Below, one piece after another: positions 47,764-58,619 of a DNA stretch of 60,331 nucleotides. The notes beneath the pieces were generated by a model, which worked only from the letters and a program-made list of their open reading frames with translations, had not been told where the DNA came from and did not search any database. The translations under genes and the position numbers were made by a program. The DNA is from Elsinoe ampelina (taxonomy: Eukaryota), in assembly GCA_010093995.1 (NCBI GenBank), contig ML992515.1, forward strand, positions 549,533 through 609,863, in the 5' to 3' direction. Each line of letters opens with the position of its first letter. Positions within the stretch are counted from its first letter, which is position 1.

Positions 47764-50700
47764 ATGACCACCACGACCAACGATGTTTTCGTCGAAGCGC
47801 TGGCCAAATTCAAGCTCAGACTGAAGCCCGAGGAGAGGAACTTCTTCGCGGGGACAACGATTGAAAACCTACATACAACGATCCAAGCAATCCAAAACAG
47901 ACACAGGACCACACGCAAAATCAAGAACCTCAATCGTCTTCGTAAATTCGTGGAAATATTCGATGCTTATTCGAAGACGCTAGACCTCTTCGTGAACGTG
48001 AACGATCTGATTGCATTTGTCTGGGGACCGGTGAAGTTACTATTGCTGGTTAGGAATTTTCAAGACCACTAAATTAGAACGTCGATGCTGACGAGTAGCA
48101 GCTGACCCACAAGGTAGCAGACGCTTTCGATGCGCTTCTGCAGGTGTACCAGCAGATCGGTCATGATTTACCGATCTTCGCGCAGTACAAGGCACTTTTC
48201 CAGGATGAAAGCGCAATGCGTGAGGTACTTCTGGCAATGCTGGAGGTGGTATTTGACTTTCACCAACGAGCATTGAGATTTTTCGAGACGAGTACTTGGA
48301 GGCAGGCATTCAACGCCCAAAGCTTTCGCGCGGATTTTGGCGATGTGCTGCATGATCTTCGGGCTCACTCTGAACTCGTACAGCGGCAAGCAGGGCTGGT
48401 CCATTTTCGACAGGCAAAGTCGGCTCGCGACGAGATGCAGAGAGACTTACTGGAAGTACGGCGGATCCAACGACTTCAACGTCAGACCTACATGATACAA
48501 TGGCTTGCTGCGCCGAACATGCGCCGCATCCAGGAGCATGGACAGATGACCCGAGCCTACAGACCAGAGAGCGGCCAGTGGTTGATGCGAAACGGACACT
48601 TTGCTCAATGGTCCGATCTCACATCGAATGCGAAACCTGGCCTATGGATACATGGGATGCCAGGAGCTGGCAAGACAGTTCTCGCCTCAGTCATCATTGA
48701 TCATTGTAAGCAACTAGCGTCGAGTCGCACATTGTATTTCTATTGCCGACATGGGGAAAGTCATGGCGATCGCTTTGCCGGTATGGCCCGGTCGATGATC
48801 GAGCAATTGGCCGGCTATGATGACAGCGTGTTCGAGTTGCTCTGTACTGCAGCGGCCTCCTCTGGTGCAAGCTCCCCGTTCTCTACCCACAAGGGGTCAC
48901 AAAATGTGCTGCAGACTTGCATAGATGCTGGTCAGCCGACACATATAGTCATCGACGGACTCGATGAGTGCTCTGTGACCGATCAAACAAGGATAATCTC
49001 GTTTCTGAAGTTTCAAACCACTCGATTGCACTCTGTGTCGAGTGACATGCGATACGTACTCCTCAGCCAGAGCGACGCAAACATAGGTCTCCTACTATCG
49101 ACGTTTCCGACTATCAAGATCACCGAGATGGACAACGGCCAAGATATCGAGGCTTTTTGCGCCGCACACGCCTCCGATCTGGAGCGCAAGTTCCAAATCA
49201 CGACTAAGGAGATGAATGATATAGCACGAGGAGTGGCTACGATTGCGGGAGGTAAGCGCGTCCAAATGATGCTCATCCATTCCAACCTCCTGCTCTGGCA
49301 GGAGACGCTAAAGTGTGTTAGGAATGTTTCTCTACGCAAAGCTTGTGATGGACCATCTAAGTCACCAGACGAGTCAAGCAGGACTCTTGGAAGAGTCGAA
49401 GCTCGAACACTTACCACATGGGCTTTACGAAGTGTTCGTTCACCCTTGTGCATTGAGTATTGTAATTGACGGGCTTCCCAGATATGAACGAATCCTGAAA
49501 CGAATACTTGGAACCGGTGAATCTGGGCACAGGCATGATGCATTGAAGCTGCTTGGATGGCTTGTCTGTGCACAAAGACCCTTGAGATGGCATGAGATAC
49601 AGGCAGCGGCGTCTTTCGACTCGGCACGAGGCGAATATGACTCTCATCGGCGCCTCATGGTCGACCATAAAGCCCTGTGTGGGTCTCTGGTCGAGCGATT
49701 ACCCGACGATAGCATTGAGCTTGTTCACTCCACGACGAAAACGTTAGTGCCCGTCTTACTTTACTATATTTTCTACACTGACCAGACCGTCTACAGTCAC
49801 ATTTCGACACACGTTCTTTGCGTACGCAACGAACATCTCAAAATGACCAGGCTCTGTCTGGATCAGTTCTGCATAGCCGCATACGATGCTGGTGTACATG
49901 TTGATCTTCGTTATACTGCAGCACTTGAAGGAGCATTTGTACTCGCAGAATACGCATTAGTGCACTGGCCTGATCATCTTGCTGCAGCGTTTGGAGACGT
50001 AGCAATGGCGGTCAGACCCAACAAGACTGGCCCCGAGATAGCGGACCGGGACATTACTGAAGTAGTGGAAACTCTCGATACCTTTCTAGATCTGCACTGT
50101 CTCGCTACGACAACCAAGCTGAACATTCACAAGTCGATACCCAGATTTGTGTCCAGGATACCAGGACTCGACAATGCCAAGAAGCTTATACAGACATTAG
50201 CGTCAAGGCGGCTTCTCATGGCCATAGGAGGGAATTGCTCGATTGATGTAGAGAACCTAGGTTTGTATCAAGTGCTGCGTACTGTGAGGCTGCACATCGA
50301 ACAAGCGGTGGAGCAGCAGAAAGATATGGAACGCTTGACTTCGTTGTAAGGCGGGAGTCTGTACAAATGCCCTCGGCTGTACTGCAAAGGTTTCCAAGCC
50401 GGCTATGCCACTCGAACGGAAAGGGAGAAGCATGTTCTTGAACACGAAAGGCCCTTTCGCTGTCCTCACACAGGGTGCGTCCACTCCGTCATGGGCTTTA
50501 CCACACAAAAGAGCCTTGACAGCCATTTGACATCGAGCCACGCAGGAGAGCAACTTGAGGATGACTTCGAAGGCGGAAATGCGCCCCATCAGCCGCAAAA
50601 AGCTTTACATCCTTGTGACCAGTGTGGGAAGGAGTTCACCCGAAGACTGAACCTTCAAGCGCATATTCGTACCCACAACAAGGAGAAGCCGTACGTCTGT

Positions 50701-51171
50701 GCGGTGTGCACCAAGGCGTTTGTAAGGCAGGAGGATCGCAAACGCCATGAGACTGCACACGCGCGAAGCCACCGCTGGGTCTGTGGTGGGACACTCAAAA
50801 GTGGTGCGAGCTGGGGCTGCCAGAAAACATTCGCTCGTCCCGACGGAGCCCGGCGACATTTCCGCACGGCGAAAGGGAGAAATTGTGTGGCCGCGGCACA
50901 GGCTGAAAATGCGACAGCAGTATCAGGGAGCGAGTGCTCCATCAGACTGCAGGTACGAGCCTCTGGATCGACGAAAGATGCGAAACTTGGTGATTTTCCT
51001 CTTGACGATGCAGGTCTCGAAACGATTTTGGCAATACAAGAGGGAGACAAGACGAGCGAGACAGGAAACCATTGGAGTGAAACGGAGGATGATATGAGCG
51101 AAGCAGGGAACGATGAACGTACGGGATATCATCCGGATGCATTTGTAGGCACAGAATCTACTTCTTATTAG
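47764..51171 (+). CDS. NLR-like protein: helical N-domain, NACHT, winged helix and C2H2 zinc fingers; 4 introns; in-frame TAA at 50347-50349
   Basis: N-domain ...[20 protein letters not shown]; Walker A GMPGAGKT; Walker [35 protein letters not shown]; fingers [45 protein letters not shown]. Confidence 0.85.
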
Positions 51172-51972
51172 TCTAGCATGAAATGGCAATGCCTCGACGA
51201 GCAGCTTCTTGGAAAGTCATCATCTGTATTGCGCATCAGTGGGCTACTCTACGTGATGTGTAAGCTGAATAGCAAGGTCAGTCGACTATTTCGATCTCGG
51301 GTGCCCCAGTGTGTGATCTCGGTTTCCTCGGCGGTCCAAAGGTCAGAAAACCGCTGCGACGGCAGTCACAGGCGATAAAGTCACGCTTTTCTTGGCTTCA
51401 CCTTCCCGACTGCGCCGACAGCACGAGGCTGTGCTGAATGGCCCTGATTGGCTCACTGGGGCGATCGTGAAGAGTTTCCAGGTTTACATCGCCCCCGTTT
51501 TGCCTTGTTCAGCTGAGTTTGCCTTATTTCATGCTGGGTCTCCAGGCTTCTGATTGGTGAGAATCGACGTACATTGACGTACTCGAGTCTTAGCCAAGCG
51601 GCGTGATTGGCCACAGGCCATTCCAGCTCGAAGGCACCTGAGATAACTTATCCCATTGAACGTCTTGGAGGATCTGGTCGCCCGTAATCAGTTTTGCTTA
51701 CATAAGTTGTCAAAGAATGGCGGTTGTAGTCTTCCACGCACCCACATATCTGATACTACGACGCCGAACTCATCCCTTGATCTGCTTCTATTGGCATCCA
51801 TTGTGCAACATGGCGCCATAAATCGATCCATTAATCGATGACTCAGATCTTGACTTCAGGCCAGAGGTACCAGCCGTCCTGGCTCAATACATGACGGTCG
51901 TCGGTCAAGGTATGATAGGGTCCCCGATTTTTGCGGGGGATTCTGCAGCACGGGGATCCCAGTATTCAGCCT

Positions 51973-54900
51973 TCATCCATGTATCTGAATCCTTTGAACA
52001 CCCCTCTCAATCTCCCCCAAATCCCCCGCCCTCGTCACCCCCTCCGCAGCAACATGATGCTGCCCCCCAACCTCAGCACCACACTCACTGCACCTCGCCA
52101 ACTGCATCGGACCACCACACTCGCCGACCGTGAATGGATGCCCATTGGGACACCTGTACCAGTGACCCGTGCTCCTGAACTCCCTCTCCATAGCCGTGAC
52201 CACTGCTCTGATCTCCTCGTCGCTGACGTCGCTGTAGAACACCCCGTCCGTGAGCATCTTCTCTGTCAGTTCTAGGTCCGCTGCCAGAGCCTTGGTCTCA
52301 GCTGGTAGAGCGGCATGAATAGCGTGGGCGGAGTCGAGGTGAGCCCTGGCCACGTGGCGGAGCGGGTGCTCATCGTCCCAGTTCTCCTTCACGACGCGGT
52401 CGTCCTGCGCGTCAGTGGCCGAGGGGAAGTTCACCTCGATGGTGGCGAATTGGGCGAGGAAGAGATGACACTCTGCCTCTTGCATGGGATGCTTGCCTGA
52501 GGCACAAATGGTGATGAGCTCCTCGCAGCGCTTACGACCGACGCTGGTGTCAATGGTCCGGGTTGTCTTGCTGCTACCGGGACTGTTGCGGTGGATCGTG
52601 AGGTAGTCCGTGATGATGAGCAGGTCGGAGCGCAGGATGAGACAGGCGGCCATGCGGGAGGACTTGGTCTGCAGGACGGAGGAAGCAGGGAAGGTGAATT
52701 GGACTTGGTCGTCGGAAGCCTTGCGACGGTTGGCGAAGGTGACGAGGTCCTGAACCTTGCGGAATGGCTGCTCTGATTGCTGGACCTGGCGGGCGAACTT
52801 GGATAGGTTCTTGCGGAACTTGACGATGCGTTGGTAGCGGTTGGAGCCTGGTAGCTGGGAGATGGTCTTCACCATTGCGTCGTTGCCACCTTTGAGGTCC
52901 AAGTCCGTTGGTGTGATGGTCGAAAAGTCGTGCATGGCAGCGAGCTCGGCCTTCAAGTCCAGGAATTCGTTCATGAGGTTGACATAGCCGGTATTGCTCC
53001 AGGTGATAAATTTAAGAGTGCTCTGGATGAGAAGTGCACTGCGGATGGGACGACCGCACCTAGCGGTGTTGCGCAGAGACTTGCGACAAGTTGGACAGTT
53101 GATCTTGGCTTGGTCGATGTCCAGAGCATATGGCAGATCGCGAGCCGCTGTCGGATGACCATCCACGCCAATCTCGTAGTAGTTCGCAAGGCCGACCAAC
53201 CCGTCCATGCTCTCCACAGTCAGGATGTGACCGCAAGGTAAGAAGATGCAGGGCGTATCGTCCAGATCGACTTCGCTGTAGGTGGAGAACATGATGAGGT
53301 CCACTTGTGTCTGCTTGACATCCTCGTCACAGCAGGTTTGGCACAGCTTCGTTGGGGGACAACGTTCGCCGCAGAGAGACGGACCTGGCAATAATTAGCT
53401 CTAAAATATCAAACCACAAGAATGATCAACCTACACTGATGACCGCAGTCCAAGAGTTGCTCGCATCGCTTTGAGCAAGGCACCCAGTCGCATGGAGCGG
53501 CGCATGGCTGAGAGCAGGCGGCATGAGGACAAGCCGACGAACACTGAGCTTCGGCGCAAGGCGGGCATGGTTCCGAGCACTTTTTGTCGCACTTGGAGTG
53601 ACTGCATTGCATCTCGCAGGGGCGGTTGCATGGCGGACAAGGAGTATCACCGTGACACTTTGCCGCGCAGGAATGTGGGCATGCGTTGTAAGCGCGATCG
53701 CATATTTGTATGCAGATGTCGTGATCACTCTTGACGACTATGCCATTCTCTCGAGTGTTGCACATTGAGCAAGGTCGAAGACAGGTGTGGCCGCAAGCTA
53801 GGATCTCTCCGCACTTCTCACGGCATTGATACTTTTCTGTATCGACACTGGCGCAACAAGCGACGGCGACTTCGTGTCCGCATCCTGGCACAGTCTTCGT
53901 GACTGTTGCACGGCAGACGTACTCCTCCGGGTGACGTGAGATCCAGCAGGATACCTCTTGTGCGACATGTCCGCAGGGGAAGCTGATGTCTCGGCCATCG
54001 ACAAGCTGCTGACAAGTCGAAGGGCACGTATCGCCGCAAAGCTTCGGGCACTCGTGATCGCAGTTCTGGAAGTCTCCCTCGCGGCGAGGGCAAGGCTGAA
54101 GACATTTGACTGCGTCATGACGGAAGTTGGAATGGCATCTTGAAGGACAGGCGTGTCCGCAATCCAAGCGCTTTGGGCAAGGAAGGTGGCAGCCACCGTC
54201 GGGAGCCAGGCGGAGAAAGTCGTCGGGTATCTCCACTTCCATCTTGTGCTCTTCGTGGCGAGGACACTCGATCGGCAAGGCGTGTCCAATGTTGTCGTTG
54301 GCGTCCATGATGTCAATGACGTCCTTCCACATAGGTACACCGGCGCAGGTTGCAGCATCACCGATGATATACATGCCTTGCTGAGCACGTGAGAGCAGGA
54401 CGTTGATCCTGTTGGAGGTCTTGAGGAAGCCACACTGGTGACGTTCATTGCTTCGTACCAGTGAGATGACCACGATGGGGGCCTCTTCGCCCTGGAAGTT
54501 GTCGACTGTAGCCACTCTGACGGCTTGTGCAAGCGATGTCTTGCTGATCAGCGAGGTAGTTGGAGCATCTGCAAGTCCTGCTCGCTCCAGATCTTCTTCG
54601 TCTCGGTCGTCCACCAAGAGCTCGAAGAGATCACTTAAGCTTGCACGGAGCTTACGCAGCTGTCCAAGATACGGGGTCAACACAGCGATCTCGTCCGGTC
54701 GACGCTGGCCTTGCTTGATCAAATGACTCACAAGCGCCGTCACCATCTCGACCTCGAAATCGTTGCTGTGCGAAGCATGAGTACCTCCGGGTCCCTGATT
54801 AGAGGCTTCACGATTGTCGTGATCGAACCAGAACAGTCTCTTCTGCATGCCTTGAACAGGGGCATAGGCGGGTGGTTCGTCGACGAGACTTGGATACAGT

Positions 54901-57856
54901 GTTGACCTCACCAGCTCAGCAATAGTCGGATGCATGCGACGTTGGGTGTGAAGAGTGCTGTACGGTACGTTGGAGCCTGTACCCTCGCCTTGTCCGACCA
55001 AACGCTCGAAAAGTGAAAGGTCAAGAGAGTACTTCTCCCCTTCGCGACTCTCACGGGAGAGTTGATACTGCACATGTGGACGGAGTTGCAAGTGGTCCCC
55101 GATCAAGATAGCGTGCTCGATTTGAGGCATGAGTGCAGTCAAGAGATGCGCCTCCAGTACCTCACCGGCTTCCTCGCAGAGCAGAACCTTTGAGCTGAGC
55201 TTACGAAGGGTCGGTAGATTGCGGGCCAGACCGGAAGTCGTGAGACCGATGATATCAGCCTGCTCAAGCACACGCAGATCAAGCTCGCTTCGCACAATCT
55301 GCAAGCGATCTCGGGCTCTAACGAAAGCCGCTCTGGCCGGTTCGATGGATTCGTACTCTTGGTCGAACATAGTCTTGATCCAAGCTTGATGGATACAAGC
55401 ACGCTCTTGGTGGGACATGTTGGACAAGTCGATGTTGAAAAGTTCGTCTTCGGTCCGATCGGTTGTATGTGGACCGGGCTTTCTTCCACCGTTCAACCAA
55501 GTGTGTAGCCTCTTCTGTGGCGATTTGTTCTTCTTGGACTTCTGCTCTACCCACTCAGAGTCAGCCTTCTCAGCACCGAAGAGCTGTGTGGCGTGATCAG
55601 GGTTGAAAGACTGCAGAAATTGCCTCAAGCCCTGAGCGGTGCCACAACCGTGGAGTTGCTGAAGTGCTGCGTTGATCTTTATAGCTTCACCTTCCATGGC
55701 GACCCTACACTTCCACATCTCATGCTTCTCAACCTTGGTGACATCGTCCTTTTTGGCCAAGTCTCTGATGTTCAACTTTGACACTCTCTCACTCTTGGAA
55801 GCGGAGCCCATGCGTATGACTTGTGTGATGCCGTTGTCCAGGAGATGCTCCAACAGTTGATCCAAAGCATGGTTGGTGTAGCACACACAAATGACCGGTC
55901 CGAGACCTGCTTTCTTCTTCGCTGCAACCAAGACACGGGCTAGATGAACACCAACGAAACTCTTCCCGGTGCCGGGCGGTCCCTGTAGAAGAGCCAAGCG
56001 GCGAGACAGTGCGTCAAGAAGAGTCTGAGACTGTGACGGATCCAGGCGGGATGAATCAGTGAGCTGACGACGATCAGTTGTGGTGATATTATTCGGATCG
56101 AATGCCATGGGTTTGTCATCGGCACATATGATGTTCAGATCGAAGGAGAAATCTGGCAACGTAGCGTAAACCGGTGGTGACATGGCTTGTTGATCGCCAC
56201 GTTCCGTAGAGGTAAGAAACTCAGAGAATGGGATAGTTCCAGACTTGCTGAGGGTCTGAAGTGCTTGCAGAGTCGGCATGAATGCGGGAAGTAAGACTCC
56301 CGGGAATTCGACCAAAGTACAATCGCCCGCCAGACCTCCGAGAGCATGAACATAGATGAGATCCCCCACGCTGTGAGGGCTCAGGTCCACAGGACGAAGA
56401 AGGACCGAAGCACGGCGTGGGTTGTTAACCAACGATACTGACGCTCGTGATGGGGGTGGAAATCGGTCGTCTTCCTTCTTCTTGCCGCGTGTGTCGCGGA
56501 ACTCGCGAGTGACATGACAGAAGATGAGCTTACCCTGCGAGGTCAAAAGACACACTACACTATCTGGCTGCAAGCGACGAGAGTGCTCCCAGTGAGTCTT
56601 GCGCTCCTTGAGCGTCATGTCGTGAATGTGTTCGGGCTGATCGAAAGTGGCCACTACTTCCAGGCCCCTGTATGGGTCGAAGTACGGCGCTTCTATGCTG
56701 ACGTTGTCGAGCGACCAGTGCCTGTGGAGCTTAGATCCGTCGGTGTCTACTTGTTGATTGACCCTGTCGAGCTCGGTACGGACTGTATCACGAAGTTGGC
56801 CAATCGTATCCTCACGAAGCAAGCGAAAGTTGCGATCCAGAAGCCCCTGTACGCCAGCTTTGTGCCAAGTATCTTCATCCAGCAATGGCAGATATTCCGG
56901 CAGTGTGCTGACAATTTCCTGGTATGTTGGTAGGATCTGGATATCCTGAATGTCTTCCTTGTCGTTATCGTGCCTCGCTGGACTGTCTCCGTGCTCGCCC
57001 GGACCTGCACGAGCCAAATGGAAAGTGGCAGTCTGTGATGAAGCGGACCGCGTGATCTGCTGCTGTAGGAATGGTACATCCTTGCCGTGCTCAAGGCTGG
57101 CAGCGGCCTCGCGGAGGTAACGTCGGCTTGCGTCGATATCAGCGTGAGTGTTTGCATCGTCCGGATGCTCAGCGACGGCCACGAGTCTGTCGAAGATGTC
57201 CTGATATGCTGGTGTGATGCGTGCATTCTGCACTGTCTGCACCACAAGTGAGAAGAGAAGTGTGGTCATGACCAGACTAGGCCCAACGGCTTCTCCAACG
57301 GTGCGAGCTTTGTCGAGATAATCCAGGCAGATTTCGAAGATGCGCTTGCCGCGCTGGCCACCTCGTCCGAATAGAAAATTGTAGATGATACCGGTATGTG
57401 CTTCCAGTACTCCGGATGAGATGACACGATGGTCGGTGACTACTTGAAGAAATGGTATGAAGTCGGAACCGAAGCGATTCACGAAGCCCTGATCTTGCAG
57501 TCTGGTCCACTCAATGTTGAACAGCTCTTCCATCTTGGCACATCCTTTGTCGGTCGCAAGCGCCGATATGATTTCCTGCCTGGCAGTCACATCGGCCCCA
57601 AGTAGTCCTTGAGCCTGACGAAAGAATGCACCGACATTGTGACCAAGAGGGCGTGGGCTGTGAAGCTTGCCAGTCCAGTCGATAAGACCGCGGCCAGATG
57701 CAGGGAGGTTGTTGATCTCAGTCATGTCGTGGCTCCATTTGCATTTCGCACCATAAGTGCACTTGCCGGCCAGCAAGAAGCGGCAGGGCCTGAAAGGTCA
57801 GCTTCGTGAAACGTGTGACTGCGACGATGTACTGACCGCTTCTTTGGCTCGTTCAT
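51973..57856 (-). CDS. ZNFX1-like SF1 (Upf1-type) helicase with CCCH finger, NF-X1 fingers, RING-like segment and C-terminal RZ finger; 2 introns
   Basis: Micro-exon MNEPKKR (57856-57837), CRFLLAGKCTYGAKCKWSH, RHDND..DI, FRLLRED, GPPGTGKS, CEEAGE, QRRMHP, TVDNFQGEE, NRINVLLSRA, many CGH.C fingers, intron 53434-53385, GHWYRCPNGHPFTVGECGGPMQLARCSECGAEVGG. Confidence 0.9.
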
Positions 57857-58619
57857 GAGTTGCGATCGTAGTTGAAGCTATACAAGGCTGTCTTACTTTG
57901 AGGGCAGTATCAAGGAGGGACAGGGAGGGGTATGTGTCCAGGGCGAAAGTGGAAGATGATGGTGCATAACAAAATGAAGAGGAGAAAGTTTGCTGGGAGA
58001 TGTTCCAAGAAGAAGATGATGATCAAGCTCTGCAAAATGCAAAACAGCCGACTTGACGTAGTAGTCGTCCCTTTCTGTGCCTGAAGAACGAGAGCATAGT
58101 CCTCTCGTCCAATCAGAGCGCCACATATGACCCAACGACGTGGGAATGACCGGGTACCTGCATGGCGACAAAGAAGAAGCTGCGTTAACTGACTTACCTT
58201 GGCCCCGTTCACCCACATGGTCATCACAAAATGAGATCACCGTCCATCATATACGATTTCATCCTGGCGATGTTGAATGCGAAAACACCACAGACTCCCC
58301 TCTCGATGGTAACGTTGCCCGCTCGCAAGTGGCAGCAAGTTGATGCAAAACGGGCCTACAGCGCCAGCAAACACGGTGCATCACGTTTGGGGCATGGAAA
58401 TATCTTCGTGTGACCTGTTTCAGATTATTCCCACGGAACAGAAAGGACACCCGCATCAAAGTAGTTACGGGAGGGAAGGATGAGGGATGGAAGAAGAAGG
58501 AGTCGTCGTCCGGAGAAAGTTTGATTAGCTCATCTGATCACGTGCTCAACTCCGACTGTCAACTGAGGCATAAGCTGGAGCGCCAAGAAGACCCTGATTT
58601 AGTTCATCCTAAGGTTGAA

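Noticed and set aside
1..58600. Wholesale reassignment of TAG or TAA to a sense codon
   Set aside because: TAG ends proteins at family-typical termini (MFS DFRFPT, EB1 EEETF, SDR GAW), and internal stops occur only twice in about 26 genes.
44321..58600. Starship or other giant-transposon cargo
   Set aside because: No tyrosine-recombinase captain, transposase or terminal repeats are visible within this window.
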